A stretch of 53,219 bases of DNA, taken from NCBI RefSeq assembly GCF_001194135.2, contig NC_068993.1, forward strand, positions 5,468,902 to 5,522,120. The letters run 5' to 3'. The notes under the pieces were generated by a model, which ran no database searches, was not told the DNA's origin, and worked only from the letters and a program-made list of their open reading frames with translations. This stretch comes from Octopus bimaculoides. Its lineage: Eukaryota. Positions 48,036-53,219 of the stretch are shown here, piece after piece. The position numbers were made by a program, and so were the translations under genes. Every line of letters starts with the position of its first letter. Position 1 is the first letter of the stretch.

Positions 48036-49469
48036 AGGAAATCATGAAACACCCTAACTACAAAATTACGGGCCTTCACTAGTTTACTTGTTCCATTCAA
48101 ATACTTGGAAATTAATTCGAGTTTATTGCAATCGTAAGATGGGAATCAACTCTGGTGGCACTATATCTAGATATTGTGTTTCGGTTACTGAAAGTTGATC
48201 TATATATATCTAATTATACCGTTTTGTAGAAATAAGTGGGGATGTTATGGTGTGACTAGAAAATACTTTGTGTTCTGCGAGTCGTTCTCCTCTGGTTTTT
48301 ACATCATCAACGATAGTCCGAATTTTCCAGTAAAGACAAACCGTTTAATCCTTCCGTATTATAAATGGCCATATCCATTCCAAATATTCTACCAGTTTTA
48401 TGTTCAAACCCACCATTTCTAGGCTCTCACACCTACCTTACAATGTCATTTTACGGAGCTACAAGATAATGCATGATTAATTTAAAGCAATGTGAATAGA
48501 CAATCATTACATTTGACAGAGCAATCTGAATGCTAACGGATTAAAAACTCATAAAAATGCCGTATTTCTCGATTTTAAGATTTGTGACACAGATGAAGTT
48601 GAAAGAAGAAAAATGTAATTAGCTTAAATGAGAAGCTGAAATCAACCCTGGATGAAGAGTAATTTTTTAAATTTCTTTTTAATTTTATCTCTTTAATTAC
48701 ACAGCATTGTTATTGTTAATTTTTGTTTAATCAGCATTACTAATTACTGTTATACTGGCTGCTACTTAGGAAATACACGTTCACATATTCTATTTGATGT
48801 AACTGCTATGTAAATGTTTACTTAAATAGAAACATTATTAAGTGACAATTAATACGAAATTATTTGATAACCTTGTAAAAACAAAAGTAGTTATGGAAAT
48901 ATAGAAAACAAAGATACAAAATACAAAATTTATTGTGAAAACCCGGCGTTGTTGTAGTGTGATTGACAGATAGACAGACACAGAGAGAGGCGGAAAAGAG
49001 AGTCAGACAGACAGATTGAGATACAGAGTCTCGAAATACGTAGAAAAACAGCCAACAACTGATGCACGTCGTTTTTTCCTGTTACTTGTCTTGTTTTCCA
49101 TTTGTTTCTTTCGTTGTTCGACAAAAAGTTCGAATTCCATGTTTTCATATTTCATGTTATTTTCGTATTTCATGTTGTTTATATTCCGTAGTGTCCTATG
49201 CCCATATATGCCTGTATATACAAATATATGTATGTACATATAAATATGTATCCATGCATATATATTTATATATTATTTATATTATTATTATAATTATATA
49301 TATATATATAGAGAGAGAGAGAGACAGATACATACATACATACACGCATACACACATACACACATACACACACACATACATACATACATACATACATACA
49401 TGCATACATACATACATACATACACACATACATACACACATACATACATAGCGACAAGTCGTGTATTTG

Positions 49470-50458
49470 GCGTGGTAGATTATTTATCAAATATACGATG
49501 AATACTATCTCCAACTTCATCAGTTACATTTTCAAAGGATGTAGGTTTGGAGTTTGGTCAGGATAAATGTTGTTACATGGTTGTAAAAAGGAGAAGACTA
49601 TAAACCAGACTAGTAACATCTCCATCAATGATTTGACTATTTCCCCTGTATCTGACGAGGAATATTACAGCGATCCAGGCGTGGATGAAAATATATCTTA
49701 CAATGACACTTGTAGCAAAACACGTGTCACTAAAGAATATTACAGCCGAATAAAGAAACTTTGGGCCTCAAAACTCTCAGCATTCAATAAAAAAAGTGAC
49801 CCATAATGTGTTTGCAGTGCCAGTACTCATACCAACATTTGGGCTTCTTGATTGGACGCTTAATGAGATCCGAGCCATTCATGTGAAAACCTGAAAAATA
49901 CTAACAAGCACACATAATTTTCATATAAACAGTGACGTAGACCGCTTTTAAATTAAACATAAACAAGGTGGCAGAGGCTTAACATCGATCCAAAATACCT
50001 TTGAATGTCGCATCATTTCCTTTCGGCAACATCTTTTAATTACCAAGCGTCGAAGTGCATCCCTCGACCAAGTTTGCATACATGAGGCTGATAACATAAG
50101 ACTTGAAAGGCAGCTCCTTGAGCAACACTCTTTGTCTGATAGCCTAGACTACATGCCCAAAGAAGTCGCACGACTCTACCGCAATGAAAGGATGAACCTA
50201 TATGAACAGAAGACTAAGCATGGATATGTTAGTAGAAAGCTCCGTGATGATAGTAAAATCGATCATCAAAGCAGTTTATCATGGACGAATAACCGGGTTA
50301 CTACCTCCCACGTTGAAGGGTATGCGTTTGCAATCCAGGAACAGGAAATATCAACCAAGTACCTGATACACAAATGGGATAGAGATGTGGGAAAAGCCGT
50401 AAAATGTGGCAACCGATGCAGACTATGTGGAGTTCACACTGAAGATATCATCCACATC
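49470..50458 (+). mobile_element. Degenerate R4/Dong-like RT fragment
   Basis: TFSKDVGLEFGQDKC, NVFAVPVLIPTFGLLDW, QGGRGL, AFAIQEQEISTKY and CRLC...EDIIHI zinc knuckle; stops and frameshifts. Confidence 0.8.
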
Positions 50459-51328
50459 AAAATGGGGGTTCGCCGAAGAATCTTTGGTGTAACGTTACTT
50501 GACAAGTCATGTAGCTCAGAAATCAGGAAATCTCTACGGTTTAAGTCGCTATGATCTCTTGTTGAGTACTATGATACTCTGGACTAGTGATTAGAACGCC
50601 GCAGCAAAGAATTGCGAAACTGATTCCTCATGTCGAGAAAACCAGCAGGAGACTTATAGGTCGACCAAGAATGAGGTGGTTGTACATAATATCCACAGCT
50701 TCAGTTGATCACACTTAGGAACCCAACCAGAAAGTGTAATGATGTTTACTTCTGAGAGGAATCTATGGAGGAGTTACCTGAACACTCAGTTAATCAGGAA
50801 TATTGGGCCGAGAATATGTCTGTCAGATATATATACATTTCTATTCAAACTTTAGAAGACTGTCAACATTCATAAATTTGTTAAATGAATATATTCAATG
50901 ACAATTTGTACGCTTTATTGCTACAACTGAATATGCAATCCTTTACTCATTTAAATGTCTGCACTGTCAAATGTTATAAATATAGTTTATACAAATAACT
51001 TCAAATCATGACATTTATTACAAAACAATGAGGTCAAATGGTAAAAAAGGGTGGTAAACATTTACAGACCCACCCTATTTTAACATGCGCGCGATTTTGT
51101 TAAATAGTCGAGCAAAACAGAGTGAAGCAGCATTGACAAACATCATTACTTTGTCTTGGATAGTGTTGGGTTTTATTCTTTTCTTTTAATATGAAAACAA
51201 ATATTTATGTTTTTCTTTGAGAACTGTCCCTACAATCACATATTTTCACAAATACATTTCTTTCTTCCCACATATACACATACATAGTCTCTCTCTCTCT
51301 CTCTCTCCTCCCTCTCTCTCTCTCTCTC

Positions 51329-51363
<35 letters not shown>

Positions 51364-51561
51364 TCTTCATCTTCTCTCACTTACATGCACGTACAAACGC
51401 GCACAAACGTATTCACATACATAGCACACGAAAAATAATTTGTGGTGTTAAAAAAGATTACTGTAAATACAGGTCAGTTTACAGCTTATATGAAATTATT
51501 GTTCATTTTGTCAATGTTATTATCACTAAGGTATGTTCCTTTAACAATATTATGAACACTA

Positions 51562-51730
51562 GTCAAGGCGGCACTTCATTCGTTTTTACGTTCTTAGTTC
51601 AAATTCCGCTGAGGTTAACTGCCTTTCATCCCTTCGGGATCGATAAAAGAAGTAGTTGTTGCATACTGGTGTAGATCTAATCGACTCCCCTGCCCCCAAG
51701 AATTTCAGGCCTTGTGCCTACAGTAAGAAG
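51562..51730 (+). mobile_element. SINE family 1 flanked by a 16-bp direct repeat (likely TSD)
   Basis: AATATTATGAACACTA at 51546-51561 and 51731-51746. Confidence 0.7.
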
Positions 51731-51809
51731 AATATTATGAACACTATTTAAGGCGACGAGTTGGCTGGATCGTTACCACCTCGGAAAAAATGCTTAGAGG
51801 CATTTCAAA

Positions 51810-51900
51810 TGTTTTTCTCTTCATTATTTTTCGGAAAAGTGCTTTTGCTTCTGAAAACCGTTTTCTGCCAATCAGCCATCTTGGAGATTCATGGATAAAC
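51810..51900 (-). pseudogene. Truncated exon 6 of a third SLC22 paralog (copy C)
   Basis: ccttcag acceptor, then [29 protein letters not shown], close to copy B exon 6. Homology stops mid-exon at a SINE head and the frame hits a stop. No exons 7-9 were seen between here and copy B. Confidence 0.8.
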
Positions 51901-52889
51901 CTGAAGGTGTTCCATAAAAAGAGGCATAAAAAAAATTATTAGTAATTAAGTATCAATATTGTAACTGCTTTTGTAAGCAGGGATGATTTGAATACACACA
52001 CACGTAAAAATTTGTTACCAATATTATAAGTATCATGAAACAGAGGTTATGTGTGAAATGCAATGGTTACTATAAAATAGAAGTTAAGTAATAGAAGAGG
52101 GACACCCATGATCTGCGTTTTAGTATTATTGTTACGATATCTGAAACTGTTTCCAAACAAATGAGCTACTTCACCTATATACAATATTCCGCAAACTTGA
52201 CATGCTATGTTATATATCAGGTTGAAGAATTTCTCTAACGTGTAAAATCACAATGGTTTCAATCTCCTCACCGGTATTGTAAATTTCAAAATCAAAAATT
52301 GAGTTTTTTACTCAAAGTAACGAAAATCATAAAGCAAAATGTAAAAGCATCTGAAGCTGTGTCTGAGACCCTCTTTCGTTCTCCTTTCGAATCCGGTTCA
52401 CTGCTTTTGTGGTGCTAATACACGTATAAAAGCGATTAAACCTATATATATTTTTCTCTGTCAAAAACTATACATAACTGAAGGGGTCATAATAAGATCG
52501 AAACATCACACGCGTTTACTCCCATGCTTGAAAATCTTAGGATAATATAAAAATTTTCCTAGATTAGTCTCTTCGTCGCTACATCTCAAGTTAGGTTTAT
52601 TTACACAAACCAGTTTGTGAATTAAAGCAAAGTAAATGTGTGTCAGCTTTACATTCAAATATTTAATTCGTTTCCGCTTCAATGAACTTCAAGTGGTGCT
52701 AATTAATAGAATTACGCAACTGTATTATGAATATTTATTATGTAAATTTCGATACTTATATATTAGAATAATTTAATTCACTGAAATACAAGCAGGTCCT
52801 TGTGAGAGACTTACTGCAAGAAATATAAAGACTCACTATTCTATTGCCTTGATGAAAATTTCGTACGGTAAAGTAAAGCAGTTACTCTT

Positions 52890-53219
52890 TTACTCTTTTA
52901 CTTGTTTCAGTCAACTGACTGCGGCCATGCTGGAGTACCGCCTTTAGTCGAGCATATCGATTTATTCTTTGTAAGCCTAGTACTTAGTCTATCGTTCTCT
53001 TTTGCCGAAACGTTAAGTTACGGGGACGTAAACACACCAGCATCGATTGTCAAGCAATGCTGGGGGAACAAACACAGACACACAAACATATACACACACA
53101 TACATACATATATATATATATAAATATATACATATATACGATGGGCTTCTTTCAGTTTCCGTCTACCAAATCCACTCACAAGGCTTTGGTCGGCCCGAGG
53201 CTATAGTAGAAGACGCTTG
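52890..53219 (-). mobile_element. SINE family 2, runs off the window end
   Basis: Tail tactcttttactctttta, cggccatgctggag, caaggctttggtcggcccgaggctatagtagaagac. Confidence 0.8.

Noticed and set aside
49018-49042. GAGA/TCTC stem followed by GAAA-TACG-TA
   Set aside because: The CUGANGA half of the core is missing; at most a decayed relic.
41000-51500. Search for copy C exons 7-9 and for a 5' UTR exon of copy B
   Set aside because: No YYG, GKFG or PQTFEDL matches seen by eye; several possible donors, none distinguishable. A small exon could hide in the gap near 44.3-44.6 kb.

Overview
Eukaryotic, AT-rich, microsatellite-dense genomic DNA with many N-gaps. The SINE families, TA/CA/GA repeats and gene style point to a coleoid cephalopod, probably Octopus (inference). 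Most ORFs in the supplied track are microsatellite or N-gap artefacts. The real coding content is a minus-strand tandem array of SLC22-family (MFS organic ion transporter) genes. Copy A (ATG 22947, stop 13308, 554 aa) and copy B (ATG 40507, stop 28948, 553 aa) each reconstruct by hand into 9 in-frame GT-AG coding exons. A truncated exon of a third copy sits at ~51810-51900. The remainder is tRNA-derived SINEs, fragments of RTE, R4/Dong-like, Penelope-like and possibly L1/Tx1 LINEs, and mariner, maT and Tigger relics. Most notable: (i) three minimal type I hammerhead-ribozyme-like motifs on the sense strand of the SLC22 array, two carrying the compensatory U3:A8 core; (ii) a mosaic between the paralogs, with a near-identical extracellular loop but strongly diverged transmembrane helices; (iii) several long intronic or downstream hairpins. 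Exon boundaries were read to the base; repeat boundaries are approximate; all counts were made by eye.
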